From Patellaria atrata CBS 101060 (Eukaryota): a DNA stretch of 64,000 bases. The notes below the pieces were generated by a model. It saw only the letters and a program-made list of their open reading frames with translations. It did not search any database and had not been told where the DNA came from. Positions 35,164 through 48,487 of this stretch are shown here, piece by piece. The stretch lies in assembly GCA_010093705.1 (NCBI GenBank), contig MU006093.1, positions 765,301-829,300 of the forward strand, written 5' to 3'. How positions within the stretch are numbered: the stretch's first letter is position 1; every line of letters begins with the position of its first letter. Position numbers and translations under genes: made by a program.

Positions 35164-37507
35164 TCAGCGGTGGTTGACTCCGTAATGAGCTCCATAAGAG
35201 CTTCCGCGGTTTGATCCGGTGCTGTTGTAGCGGTTAAGCTGCATACCACCTGGTGGTCCTGGTCGAGTTGAAACTGCAGGATTGCAGCACAGCATAGCCA
35301 CGCGAGAGCCGTACTTGGATCCTCGAAGAGATACCATATGCTTCCTACCATGTGTAAGCTAAAAGCCGGAAAAGTGACTAATGAACACCTTACCTGACGT
35401 GTCCAGCGACTAAGTCACGGTGGTGTGGGCTTGCGTGAATCAAGATGTATTGAATGAGATAGTTGCCGAATTGGTCCCCGGCAATGTCGATGAGAGGCAT
35501 ACGGGGGCGATCAGAGCGTCCCTCGCAAACCTTTTCGAGATATTTGTCCAAGAAATCATTACCACCGATCTTTAGACATTTCTCAATCACCTTGGACGCG
35601 TATTGATCCATACTGTACTCGGTAGCAAAGCGTAGGATATGTTCAGTCGCGCGGCTACGGTCTGCTGGAGCGCCATGCTCACAGATGTGTTGAATGCACC
35701 AATTGCCGAATTGACCATGAGCGATGACATCGATACTAGCTAGCACTTCATTGATGCAGGCACGCTTAAAACAGTAAGGATAGGAAGCACTTAGCATGGA
35801 CGAAGATCACGTACCTTATCATCTTCAAGACAGTTTTCGAAAATGTTTTGAACAACCAAACTACCGGTCTCTCCAAGAGCAACTTCATGCCACATTCCAC
35901 GTAACGCTTCATTCACATACTTCATTATTTGCGGTGGCGAATCGGTCCAACGAAGTTCAAATAATTTCTGCCAGACATGACAAGCATAGCGATGAATTAC
36001 AGTCTCTGGGATGCGCCTAAGGAGCTCATGGACCATGACTGCTTTGTACTCCTCGGGAACAGAGTCCAGGGCCTTCTGAACAACATGGCAACCGAACGCA
36101 TCCATGCTGAGATTCAACGTGTTACCCCGAATGATGTTTGCTATAGCAACGATTTGCTCTGGGGTGCCATGTTCGAAACATCTTTGGACAAGGAAGTTCC
36201 CAAAACGATTGATCATTAAGGGATAAGCTTGCGCGACAATCGCTTCGACGATTTCATACTTCTGCTCAGGTGATCCAACCTTCAATTTCTGTTGTAGGAA
36301 GATAGATGCTTGTTGATCGTTACTGCAAACAATCTTATCCACGATATGCTTCCAATTAGCAGTAACATTGCGCTCAAGACGTTTGTAGTTGTCAGTTTCC
36401 AGAGGGCCCATCTGAGTAGACCGAGGGCCTGGTGGTCCATTCCAAGGATTGTTGGAAATGTCAAATTCAACTGCTTCAGGTGACAGACGTGTGCGGATTG
36501 GCATAGGTTGATATTGTGGAGGCATCTGGTAATGGCCCATTTGACCAGGAACCGACCCCGATGTTGGCCCGCCGACATCTGACAAATGTGGACTCATCGC
36601 ACCCGACATACCCCAAGCATTGTTTGCCCTTGGATCAATTGCAGAACCAGGTCTAGTTGGGGGATGGAAGCCACGGAAGGATTGGTCGGTGTTGAAATGA
36701 GTTGGTTGGCTGAGATATTGGAGACCATTGCGGAAGCTGTCGCCGCGAAAGTGTTGAACGGGCGTTGTACGTGGTTGTTGAAAGGTCGGAATATTGTATT
36801 GATTGTTTCGAGGAACCTCGTTCCATCCATTGTTTGGGAAAGATGGATATGGATCAACATTGGAACTCCAAATGGCCTTCTCCACATTTGATACACTAGC
36901 CCGAATGTCGTCGTCCATGTCTGCTTCTGAAGGAGTCTCGATTGAATGTAGAGTATGCTTTGTAATGCGCGAGACGTGGAGTTCTTGGTCCATGCGTGCA
37001 ATTGTCTCTTTAGCTGCCTCCAATTCCTTTCGGAGTTGCAGAAGTTCTGCAGCATTCTGGATATCCCCGCGTTGTGTATCCGGAGTCGTCATATACTTGC
37101 CACTATCACCGGATGATGCTGTATTGGGGGAACTGTCGGCGGTCGCAAGGGTTTCCTTCTGCCTTTGAAGCTTGACTTGTTGTTCGGATAGTCTAGCAAG
37201 GAGCTGATCCATAGGAGAAATACTGTGAATATTCTTCACGTTGGAATTTTCGACCTTTGGCTTCTAAAATGATCAGTGGAATCTTGAAGCAATTCGGCTA
37301 TACCTACCTTGAAATGTTGATTAGCAAGTTTAGACGTGGTAAGAGGTACTGATTGATCGTTTTGAGCAAAAGATTGGCTCTGACGCTTTACTCCCTGGAC
37401 GGATTGGATGATTAGCATTGCCGTATGAGGAAATGATTTGGAGTGATCCTTACTGTAGGAGATGCGTGGTCACGGTCTTGATGAACCGAGAACGAATTGT
37501 CTGTCAT
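35164..37507 (-). CDS. Pumilio-family (PUF) RNA-binding protein
   Basis: PUF repeats DQQASIFLQQKL, NRFGNFLVQRCFE, DAFGCHVVQKAL, HRYACHVWQKLF, GQFGNWCIQHI, DQYASKVIEKCL, DQFGNYLIQYIL. N-terminal coiled coil. Four introns; start MTDNSF at 37507. Confidence 0.93.
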
Positions 37508-38162
37508 AATAGAATACTCTAATCCAATCCACGTCTAAGGAACTAATTCGGATTGCGGGAAGATCTTTTGTTAGATACACGTCATGCACGCGTTGTGCGA
37601 GGTATTGAGGGGGTTTGAGGTGTAAATGGTGAATCAAATTGAAGTGGAACAGACACTGATTGTAAGGACAAATACGAGGATATAAGGCCAACTACAGACA
37701 GTCTTCAGATGGAGCAGGAGCTAATAAGTCCAAGGTAGGACATAAAAGATCCAAATTGCCCAGATGTTGCTTCCTGGTAAGTTGTGCTGCGAGGGTAGAA
37801 GGGTTAGGTCAACTCAGGAAGAGACTGGACGTTCTTGTTGTGTAAACAAGAGCTGAGACTGAATTTTTTGAAGCTAGATAGTGCAAGATCTGAGAAGTTT
37901 AGGTAGAGGAAGGGAATTGAGGAGAAGGTGCGCGCGTCGTGGTTGTTTTTTTTTTTTTTGTTGTTGTGTGAGGTGGCGATGTTGAGTGTAAAGGAAAGAG
38001 GATAGAGAGCTTTGATGACCACGAGCAACGCGACTGCCTCCGGGAAACCTAACAAACGCGACTCGCCAAGCTTAGAGGTCAAGGGACAAAGAGATCCGAG
38101 ATTATTATTTTTTGCAGTTATGATCCCCTTCTAATGAAATTTACAAAAAGTCACGCAAAATG

Positions 38163-41100
38163 CTAAGAAAAGTATGACGACTCTGTCACGTTCCACATAT
38201 GATCAAAGAAGCCCATAGCAACTGCGCCTTCTACCCCTTTGAGACCGCTACTCTTACCTAGGAGTACGAAATCAGGTTGACCTACTCCGGTAAGCATCGG
38301 AACCAACCTCGCTGCTGTCATAAGATTTTCTGAGTCCTTTCCCCATATGACCAATTCCAACCTACTATCATCGCCCACATCTTGAAGGAAGATGGCAGCG
38401 GGGACCTCTTCATCATTATATTTGTGCCATTCACCAGACCCATCACGTACAGAGAGAGTATCTCCAATCTGTTGTATCGGGTGACGGTTATCACTCCTTG
38501 GTGGGAACTGTCCCGTCGATATTGTAATGACGTTTCCAGTAGACATGTGTTTCTTTTCCAGATCCTTAGTAACTTCACTGTCTGCAGAAAAATACTGGTA
38601 CAAGTTTCGAGAGATTTGGACAGCGGTAGGATAGGCAGAATCTTCTTCATACAGGATAATAAAGGGTCCCTTAGAACGAAGAATGGCGTCCATAGCGCCA
38701 AGCTGCTTCCCAAAGCGGGAGGGGATTTGTGGTGTTGTACCAGAGAACTGTCCAATACCAGATAAGCTCTCACACCCTCCTAGTAGCTATGGGAATACTT
38801 CCTTACCTGCCATCTTTTCTCAGCTGTATTTCTGGAGAAATAGAGTGTAGAGCAGACTATACCAGCGCAGTCGGTGGTGATTTCCTCCTCATCGACTATG
38901 AAGGCAGGATTGGAGCATGCAGACCCCAAATACCGAAATTGTAGAATATTCGATGTACGGACACGATACTCACATCTTTGGAAACTAACTTGGACGTCAA
39001 TCCTGCCATATTGACCAGGATCTTCCAGATGATCCACTTGAAAACCCCCTTTCGAGCCCATGGTCCCAGGATTACTAACAACGAAGGTGAAGTTTTCAAG
39101 CTTGCTGCTTACCGTATCCAATTTTACACTAGCTCTATAGAAGGCTTTTAAAGCGTCTGTTGTCATCACCGTATCAAACCAATGGTTCCGGTTAGGAAGT
39201 TCAACATAATTCGTACTGTAGCCCGCCTGAGATATTAGTAAGCTCATCAAACGCGAATTGAAAGCCGGGACGTTGTCATCGATACTACCGTGCTGTTGGA
39301 GAATGGGAATTCCTCGACCGTTCTCAACTAGCAATTCGTGCCGATAATCGTTGCTGGCAGCTTGAAGAACAGCGTAACGGCGAGGCTCCATGGGATGCCA
39401 CAGATGGTATGGAACGTAGTCTACAAGGGTTAGGATGTCCAAATCAAGTATGTACTTCACTCTCACTTTGTATTGAAGAGTACCCAGAAACAGGAGCTGC
39501 TGCAACGATTTTGTCGGGTATATGTGTAAGAGCATACCATGTTCCCTGACCTATAGGATAATTTAGCAATTTTCATGCTTTTTAGAATGTCCTACCTACC
39601 TCCGTTAGAATGACCGCTAACAATCCAACGGTCTATGTTTACAGCTGATCCTTCCCAGTTGGTATGATTAATCCATTCTGGAATGGAGGCTACCGCAGCT
39701 TCAACATCTGCAAACCCCCATGCATCTACAACGATATAAGCACGTGCCTTGTATTCAGGACTGTCATGCACTTACGCCAATCGTCTCCACTCCAAGGAGT
39801 TATACCTGTGGGGAATAGAACCCAAGAACATAAATCCGCAACAGGATCTAAGGAATGTGCTACCATATCATTTTCAGCTTCAACGCCAGCACCATGAAAC
39901 TGCAATAGCACCGGTAAAGAATCTTGGTTAAAATCACAAGACGCATTTCGAGCGGGTGGTCGAATTATAGTATAGGATACGATACCTCCTGGATGCATAA
40001 AAGTAAATTTTTGTGGATCATAGGTAGAGCGAAGTCTGAGTTGCTGCGTGACACTCAAAGATGATTCAAAATTCTCTTCATCAACGAGATGATAGAAGAC
40101 CCGGGCATTGATGATAGTGGCATTTCTACTATTGAGCGACACGGAAAATGATATTGGACGTGTCTGGCCCGGCGCAATAATCAGGCCTTCATCATGTAGA
40201 AGTTCGGCTGTTATTTCATTCTATAAAGATCAGTAAATAATTAACCCCCTGCTATGGCATTCCTGACTATTTGCACGCTGACCAAATTGAGGCTCTAGAC
40301 TCCAGCCGTACAAGATCGGAAGATGTCATACAAAGATATTTGGACAGTATGCTATCGTGTGTACAGAAAGGGTAGAGTGGCGAAACAAAATGGGAACCGC
40401 GACGCGAGAGGAGATATAATGAAAAAAAAATACTACTTACTACCGAAGACTGAACTCTTGTGATTTTGATGGCTGATTCAGGATGTGAGTTCCGAAGGCT
40501 AAGAGAGGCGTATGGAGATACAAGCCGTCCGTTGACGTTGTCAGAGATGAGTATAGACTCTCTTGTGCGCTCTAATGCATTAGTGCAGAGTCTCATTTCC
40601 AAAACGACATTGATCGTGGGTTCGCCGATGCCACCCATAGCTCGAACATCCCGAACCAGGCGGATGTCAATTCTATGTGTTCCGGGCTCCAAATGTAGCA
40701 CGGGAGGAGCCTTTCGATAGGTGTAGAAGTCTCCACCAAAATAAGGTTCCCCGTCCAGCCAGAATTCCAGGATCTGATCGGTATAGAGAATCAGAGATGT
40801 TGTCTCCGTCCCAGACACGGTGATTTCTCCACGCGCCCAAGCCTGATATTGGAAACCTGCCCATCCATATACCGTCGAGATAAACGGCCAATCCACGCTC
40901 GGGAAGGAGAAAGATAGAGCGCATCTGGCATTGGTGATATTGTTGCTCAGCTCGGTAGCAGCTACTAATTCCCATCCAACGCTTCCATTCATGGCAATAG
41001 AGCTCCGGAAAAAAGAATTGGTATCATACTCAAGTTGACGGAATCCCCCATACTGTTCTAGAGGGTCGGCGTTCCAGGTAGCCTCTATTCATGATCAACA

Positions 41101-41319
41101 ATGACGATTCTGTCAGAAGAAATCAGAACGCTTCATGCCTCGTGTCCCAATCTGGAATGGCCCAACAGCCTGCCATTCAGATGAAAATGCAATTGTACCA
41201 GGTCCCCTCGCTCCGAGAGGCAACATTGAATCCTCATGTTGAACTACACCGAAAGCCAGTACCGAACTCAACACTGATAAGATGGCGTGGATGGATAGGC
41301 ATCTCGCACCGTACATCAT
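38163..41319 (-). CDS. Secreted alpha/beta-hydrolase (peptidase S9 / esterase-like)
   Basis: Signal-peptide-like N-terminus; WQAVGPFQIGTR; LQFHGAGVEA; nucleophile GHSNGGQG split by an intron (~39550-39600); QHGSIDDNVP; HWFD. Multi-exon. Confidence 0.85.
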
Positions 41320-41769
41320 CACTCTCTGTTGGAGCCTGATGATGGTACTATGGCGATCTGTTTTTATATAGAATATTCCTCCGTGCGAATTCGAGATAGG
41401 GAAAAGGGGTAAACTATCAGAGAAGAGACGAATTACAAGCTCGCTGGTTTGATGTGGCTTTTCGTTAGCGTTCAGCCCTACTACCCTTTCTTGCCCCCAC
41501 GCTTCTAGCGATTCCATCTCAATCTTAGCACGGGTAAAACCGTGACATCTCCTTTAAATTATGAAAAACAACCATCACACTAAATGTACTCAGTTTCTCA
41601 TATGTTACTACTTCAGATACTGCTGAGAACGACCTTTTAGCGACAACGGAATCGCGTTGAATTCGCACCTAGACTCTTAGTTCGCATTCACCTCGACCCC
41701 TACCTTAACGACGCGAGCTCAACTTCCATGGCCTGAATACTTTGAGTAGATATCTACGATCAGGAGGAA

Positions 41770-43479
41770 ATGACATCCGCACCATATTCCGGCGCGGAGG
41801 CACTATCCCCGTCGTCCCCAATAGGTCAGAATACTTACAAGTTCCCACCATTCTCTCATGACGCCCTTCCGACACACTACGAAAACCCCACGGGCTATCC
41901 TTCTTCTCGAGACACGAGTCCTAACCCAGGCACACAACTCAATGGAGGTGTCGCAAATGAGCGTTGGACACCACGAAGAAACAGCAACGTACGTTGGGGT
42001 AATGGCGCCGCGGTACACGGTGGTGGTCGCCATGGGAGACAGAAGAGTTTGAGTGAAGCGATCAGAACAATCAAAGGCAGAAGAGCAAGTGTTAGCGCAA
42101 ACGCGCATGAAATTGCAGATGCATTAAAACCCCCTATCTCGCCCAAGCTTATAGTAAGTATACAGGCGATAGTTTTAGTGTTGTATAAGCTAAAACTGTA
42201 GTTTCTCTGTGGCATTTGGTATGCAACCTCGATTCTATCAAACACATCCTCGAAGGCCATTCTTACCGCATTTCCAAAACCGATTACTTTGACACTGGTA
42301 CAATTTGCTTTCGTATCCTCCTGGTGCTTTATATTAGCTTGGTTGGCGAAATACTACCCAAGTCTAAAAGTTATGATTCCTGCTCTGAAATTTGGGATCC
42401 GTCCTCCTTCTAGGGACCTAATACTTACAACACTTCCTTTGACCGCATTTCAAATCGGGGGCCATATTCTAAGTTCAGACGCAATGGCAAGAATACCTGT
42501 ATCCTTAGTACACACTATTAAGGGTTTATCACCACTTCTCACTGTAATCGCCTATCGAGCGTTCCTGCGAGTTCGGTATTCAGTTCCTACATACCTTTCC
42601 TTGATACCTCTTACATTGGGAGTTATCATGGCATGCTCTGCGAATTTCTCGGCCAACTTTCTAGGGCTTCTATTTGCGTTCGGGAGCGCCATCCTCTTCG
42701 TTACGCAGAATATTGTCTCAAAGAAACTTTTTAACGAAGCTGCCCAAGCGGAAGCGGACGGTGTACAACACCGTTATACCAAACCGGATAAGCTGAATCT
42801 GCTTTGTTATTCCTCTGGACTAGCTTTTGTTTTTACTGCACCCTTATGGCTTTGGTCCGAAGGATTTGGCCTTATGGCGGATTTTCTCCACGATGCTTCG
42901 ATCGATCTATCAAATCGCCCTGGATCCCTAGATCATGGGAGATTGGCCCTCGAGTATGTCTTCAATGGAACATTTCACTTCGGGCAGAATCTCGTGGCCT
43001 TCATTTTACTATCCATGGTATCTCCAGTAACATATTCTGTTGCAAGTCTTATTAAAAGGGTGTTCGTGATCGCTTTTGCCATTGTGTGGTATGGGAATAA
43101 TATGACGCACATTCAAGCTGTCGGATTTGTCCTCACGTTTTTCGGTCTTTACCTCTACGACCGCACTAGCGATGCATCAAAAGCAGATCGAAAGGCAAAG
43201 GCGCTTCAAGCAAGAGAAGGTGCTGCATTGCTCCCTATTGTAACGGAGCATTCTAGCTCTCAGGGATTTACGGCATCTCCCATGAATTCAACGTCAGGAC
43301 AATACAATCCCACTAATGGATCTGTAGATTACTACAGTAGGGATGAGAAGAAGAATGACACTGAACCCGGAAAACCTAGAAGAGATAGTAGCACCGGGTG
43401 GTTAACACGCGGTACCAAGCAGGAAGATACTTGGAAACCCAGAGATATGAACGAACAACGTGGAATTACTGTATCATAG
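41770..43479 (+). CDS. Triose-phosphate/nucleotide-sugar transporter family protein, Sly41-like
   Basis: TPT motifs PVSLVHTIKGLSP, QNIVSKK, SPVTYSVASLIKRVFVI; multiple TM segments; one intron ~42154-42201. Confidence 0.9.
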
Positions 43480-44719
43480 AGGCATATGATTAGAAGTATC
43501 GCATCTATAGGCATTTTTGGACGGCGTAATATGAAAGCGTTTCCTAGATCTGTGCCCTACATCCATGTATATCCTATAACGAGATTGTCTTGGTATCCTT
43601 TCGGCTGAGACTGTATCAATGATATGAACGATCTTTCAACTTCCGAGGCGTCAATTCTAAGACTTGATATTTCTCATGGCGCGAAGTTCGGACTTGGATC
43701 TATATAAGGACTTTTGACCTAGCTGTAGCTAAAAAGGATCCTACAGGACTTACCTTACGGTATGGACGACTCGGTTAGGTCAATAATGAAATAAGAGACA
43801 TTACAAGATTTTCTAACCATTGGAGCGTATGGTACAGTACGTACTCTATGGACTTGTTCTGCAACCAATTTGGTTGATGTTCCTACGTCATGCAGTCTGA
43901 CGAAAAAGGTCAAGACTTATCATCATTAGGCAGGTCAAAGACCGGCAGAGAGACGATAAGCAAGATGACAAGAACGACAAGACGGACAGACAAGGATCAG
44001 AACGACTCTTATATGGTTACAACCTTCAAGTTCCCACCGTGTATATTAACTCTTGGCAGATTCACTTACAACGGTGATGCTACAATACTGACTTCAAGAG
44101 ATATCACTTCCACCCACTGCCTATTTGGATACAAGAAGAGCGGGGTACACAATCCCATCGGAGCATAACCCCGCAAAGAGCTTGGGATGCCGTTCTTTTA
44201 CATGCATACGCACTCTTGATATCGAACCGTCGAATGACCCGTACATGTTCTTGACTTCTTCATTGAACGTCGCTGGCTCATCGTATTACCCCATGTTGAA
44301 TAGCTAAGGTAGAAGCATTGAGACGGGTCTGCAATATGATGGAGAATACTAAGGTAGTCTCGATTCATGACTTGAGTCAATTTCAGCATACTCTGAAATT
44401 GTGTTAGACTAGCTCAACGGTTCTGATCTATTAGACTATTTTAATACGACGTCCAAGACAGTAAACACTCGTTCAGGCAGTTCGCATCCGAGATCTCTAA
44501 GATACCTGATAACCGTGGGAACTCCCATGCAATTACCAGCTATCTGTTGCGGATCGCAAGATATGCAAGGATAATTGTACAACTGGACGATAGATTCGAT
44601 TTCGTCTGCCCAGATGTAAGGCACAGAAAGGTCTAAAAAGAGCATAAAAGATGTCATACACCCCAGACCTCGTGCTACAGTCAGCTCATATTCACTTTTT
44701 CGTACAATTACTCTGAAAA

Positions 44720-46537
44720 ATGAGAAGTATATGCTATATCCTTGTTTTGCTTGTTGCCGTCGTATGTGGGACAGCTACTGTCGATTCGAAATATGGCCCA
44801 GGATTCCCCGACCTCATAGGGCGCTCGCAGAAAAAGCTCGTGGATTCAGTAAGTATTCATCTTCAAGATTCCATAAGACAGTAACTCCAAACTATATCTG
44901 TGGCCAGAATATACAATGGAACTTCATATCTCGACATTCTAATTCAGATCAACTCGACGCTCTGCTCCAAGTATCTAGAGGAACTATAAGCTGATAGTAA
45001 CTTAGAAAAAACTTCAAAAGTCGATCAAATTAAAGTCTCTCCTCAAGCATGCGCAAGTCCTAGAAGATCAAGCCTATGCCACTCCAGCTAGGAATCGTCT
45101 CACGGGTACTGCGGCCCACAATAACACCATAAAATATATCTATCGTACATTGAAAGCTTTGAACTACTATAATGTAGAGCTACAAAACTGGGGTGATACC
45201 ATTTCTGCCGGCGGAAACGGCTCATTCGTAGCAAATGGTGTTGACCAGGGAGCAACGCATATGGAATATGGCCCCAATGGGACTGTGACTGGAACTTTGG
45301 TCCTAGCGAATAATGTTGGCTGCAATATTGTGAGTCTCTCTACATTCCGGCTATTCCACTCTCAGTATTAATATAAAAGGAGAAAGAGGGACTCTTGGGG
45401 AAAGTGATCATTGGATCTACTGTGCTAACCAGTATCTCTCATGTCTAGACCGATTTTCCAGCAGAAGTTGAAGGCTCAATCGCCCTAGTTCGCCGTGGTT
45501 CCTGCGACTTCGGAATTAAAGCTGCTTATGCTCGGGCTGCGGGCGCCATCGGCGCTATAATCTTCAACAACATTCCCGGTGGTCCTATCGGCGGAGCCAC
45601 TCTCGGTGTCCCTCCTCGACCCGAGGGACCATATCCTCCGACGCTGATGATCGGTCTCGAGCAAGGTGAAGCGCTAACAGCGCTCATAAACTCTGGCACC
45701 AACGTCACCGGCACCCTCGACGTGACCTCCTACTACAGCTGGGTCGGGACGCACAACGTGATCGCCACATCAAAGGGAGGCGACCAAGATAACATAATCT
45801 TCACCGGCGCGCACACCGACAGCGTCGTCGCCGGGCCCGGCATCAACGATAACGGCTCCGGCAGCGTCGGAAATCTCGAAGTCGCAATCCAACTCGCAAA
45901 ATATAAGGTCAAAAACGCCGTGCGTTTCGGCTTCTGGAGCGGCGAGGAAGAGGGCCTGCTCGGCGCGAAATACTATATTAAGACGCTCCCCGTAGAGGAG
46001 CAAGCGAAGATACGTCTATATCTTAACTTCGATATGATCGCCTCTCCGAACTACGTGTACGGGATCTACGATGGTGACGGTTCGGCCTTTAACCTCTCCG
46101 GCCCGCCCGGCTCGGCCGAAGCCGAAGTGCTCTTCGAGAAATACTACACCGACCGCGACCTCCCCTCCGTCCCGTCCGCCTTCACCGGCCGCTCCGACTA
46201 CGGTCCCTTCCTCGACGTCGACATCGCGTCCGGCGGTCTCTTCACCGGCGCCGAAGTCGTCAAGACCCCCGAAGAAGCCGCTATGTTCGGCGGTGAAGCG
46301 GGCGTCGCGTACGATGTTAATTATCACAAGGCGGGGGATAATATGACGAATTTGAACAAGGAGGCGTTTTTGGTGAATGCGCAGGCCATTGCGCATGTGA
46401 TTGCGACGTATGCTAGGAGCTTTGAGAGTTTGCCGCCGAGGAGGAGGATGGGGAAGAGGTATGTGGAACGGGAGGTGCATGTGCATGGGGGGATTACGGA
46501 GGCTGGAGGTTGTGGCGATCATATCTTCTATGGATGA
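44720..46537 (+). CDS. Secreted M28 aminopeptidase with PA domain (aminopeptidase Y / LAP2-like)
   Basis: Signal peptide MRSICYILVLLVAVVCG; PA domain (IALVRRGSCDFG); zinc motifs GAHTDSV, GINDNGSG, GEEEGLLG, NFDMIASPN, YHKAGD; two introns. Confidence 0.93.
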
Positions 46538-46562
46538 TTAATGGGGTGTTGAAACGCATTAC

Positions 46563-46682
46563 TGAGGAGTTGTGTAGATGATTATGGGGTTGATGTTACA
46601 TAGCGGGTGGTAGAATGCATCATGAGGAGTTGTGGAAGTGATTATGGGCTTGGTGTGGCATAGTGGGTGGTTGAATGCGTCT
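46563..46682. repeat. 60-bp tandem duplication in 3' intergenic region
   Basis: tgaggagttgtgtagatgattatggggttgatgttacatagcgggtggtagaatgcatca followed by tgaggagttgtggaagtgattatgggcttggtgtggcatagtgggtggttgaatgcgtct. Confidence 0.85.
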
Positions 46683-46863
46683 TGAGAGTCCTTGAGAGAC
46701 ACGATATGAAGTGTAGCTTGATGTAGGCAAATACATATATGTACAGTACATGTTACCGGAAAAATAAGGGGTACAACATGGAAAGTTATCCATGAAAAGT
46801 CAAACGCCTTCGCTCAATGCATTTATCCAAAAGTTTACCTTATTCTGTGAACACGTAATGGTC

Positions 46864-47724
46864 TCAACAGCAGCCGCCTCCTTTACTAGCTCTTCCAGCT
46901 GCTGCATCATTCATCCCTAAGTTAACCGTCCGCGCAGTATTTACTCCTCCCGCTCCTGGACCTTTTACGCCACTTCTTCGATCATTCAGATCATACTTCC
47001 CAGCTTCTATGTTCTGGTAAATCCGCTCCGCAACTTCTAAGAAAGCCCTTTCCACACCCTCTCCACTCTTCGCAGATGTTTCAACGTATTGCATCACTTT
47101 GTTCTGCTTACACCACTCTTCCGCTTCCTGGCGAGTTACTTGTCGCTTGTTCTCGGTCTCCGTCCGCCCTGACGCCGAGGGTTCTGATGGCTCAACTGTC
47201 GATGAAGGTGCAAGATCCGCTTTATTCCCCACCAGAACGACGACGATGCCCTCCTCTGCTATCTGCCGTAAGTCATGTAACCAGCTCGTCACTGATAGGA
47301 ACGTCGACCGTCGGGTAATATCGAAGACTAGAAGCGCACCACTGGCACCGCGGAAGTAGGATCGCGTTATCGATTTATACGTTTCCTGTCCCGCCGTATC
47401 CCACAGTGACAGTTTCATGTGCTTCTGCACCTGGTTCGTCGAAGCGGCGTCCGCTTTTGGACTTTGCAAGCTTGGGTTGTTGATGTTAAGGGAGAGAGAT
47501 GCGGGAGGGCCAACGGGAACGATGCGAGAGCCGAATTCGACGCCGATGGTCACATCGTGGTGGGCAACGAAACGGCCTTCGCATAGTCGAATGGTTAACT
47601 AAATAATGGCTTAGTTTGCGGACCTGAGTAGATGGTGGCGAAGCTGGTAGCTTACGCTAGATTTACCGCAGCCTGAGTCTCCTAGGGAGACGAGCTTCGC
47701 GATGTAGTCCCATGGCTGCGACAT
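46864..47724 (-). CDS. Rab GTPase (Rab2/Rab4/Rab14 group)
   Basis: MSQPWDYIAKLVSLGDSGCGKSS, intron, TIGVEFG, WDTAGQE, YFRGA, GNKAD, ETSAK; C-terminal GGCC prenylation motif. Confidence 0.93.
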
Positions 47725-48487
47725 GGACGCTTTGATGATGCTGAATGACAGTGCTCTGATATTTGAGGGACCCTCGTCGATTAACTGTGGCTAGAGCTTT
47801 GTACAGGTGTTCAATGGCGTTATTAGACGAGGAGGTGTTTGTTCAGGAACACAAAGCGAAGACAATGGCTTTGCTGAGAGGGAAAAGTTCTGCGTTTGTA
47901 CTAGATGCTGTGTGTGTTCTTTATATCGTGTTCTGGGATATGTGGTTGTTGTAAAGTGGAAGCCTTTCCATCCCAAGTGCAAAGATCATCTTGATACTCT
48001 GATACCCTGAAGCCACGGGGGTATGACAACATCATCGGGATACAAAGGTACCTAGCTGTGGCTTCAACTAGTAGGCAGGCAGGCTACCGTAGGCTTTCGC
48101 ACGTCTTGGTCCGCCTTCGGGAAGCCCGCAGCTACATCAAGGTTATACCTACCAAACCTATAACCTTGAACATTGCCTTACCTTATCTCCTACATTTCTT
48201 TATATTCTTCTTTAACCGCTTGATTGAATTTGTTCATTGATATCGGAAAGCTTGCCGTGTAAACCATCACATGCGAAAACAGACATAGAGCCCGATTTAA
48301 GGTGCTGCCTTGGCTTGGGCGCTTCACCGTTCTCACCGACTGAGTCAACATCAACGCTCGTGACGCCTCGTTCTCTTCTTTCTCTTCCCAACCTCCTAAA
48401 TGATCACCACCTCTAGTTCTATACTGGCATCTAGAGTACGGAGGAGCACAAGACACAGGAGAATACTCCTTTTATAGATCTGTAGTC

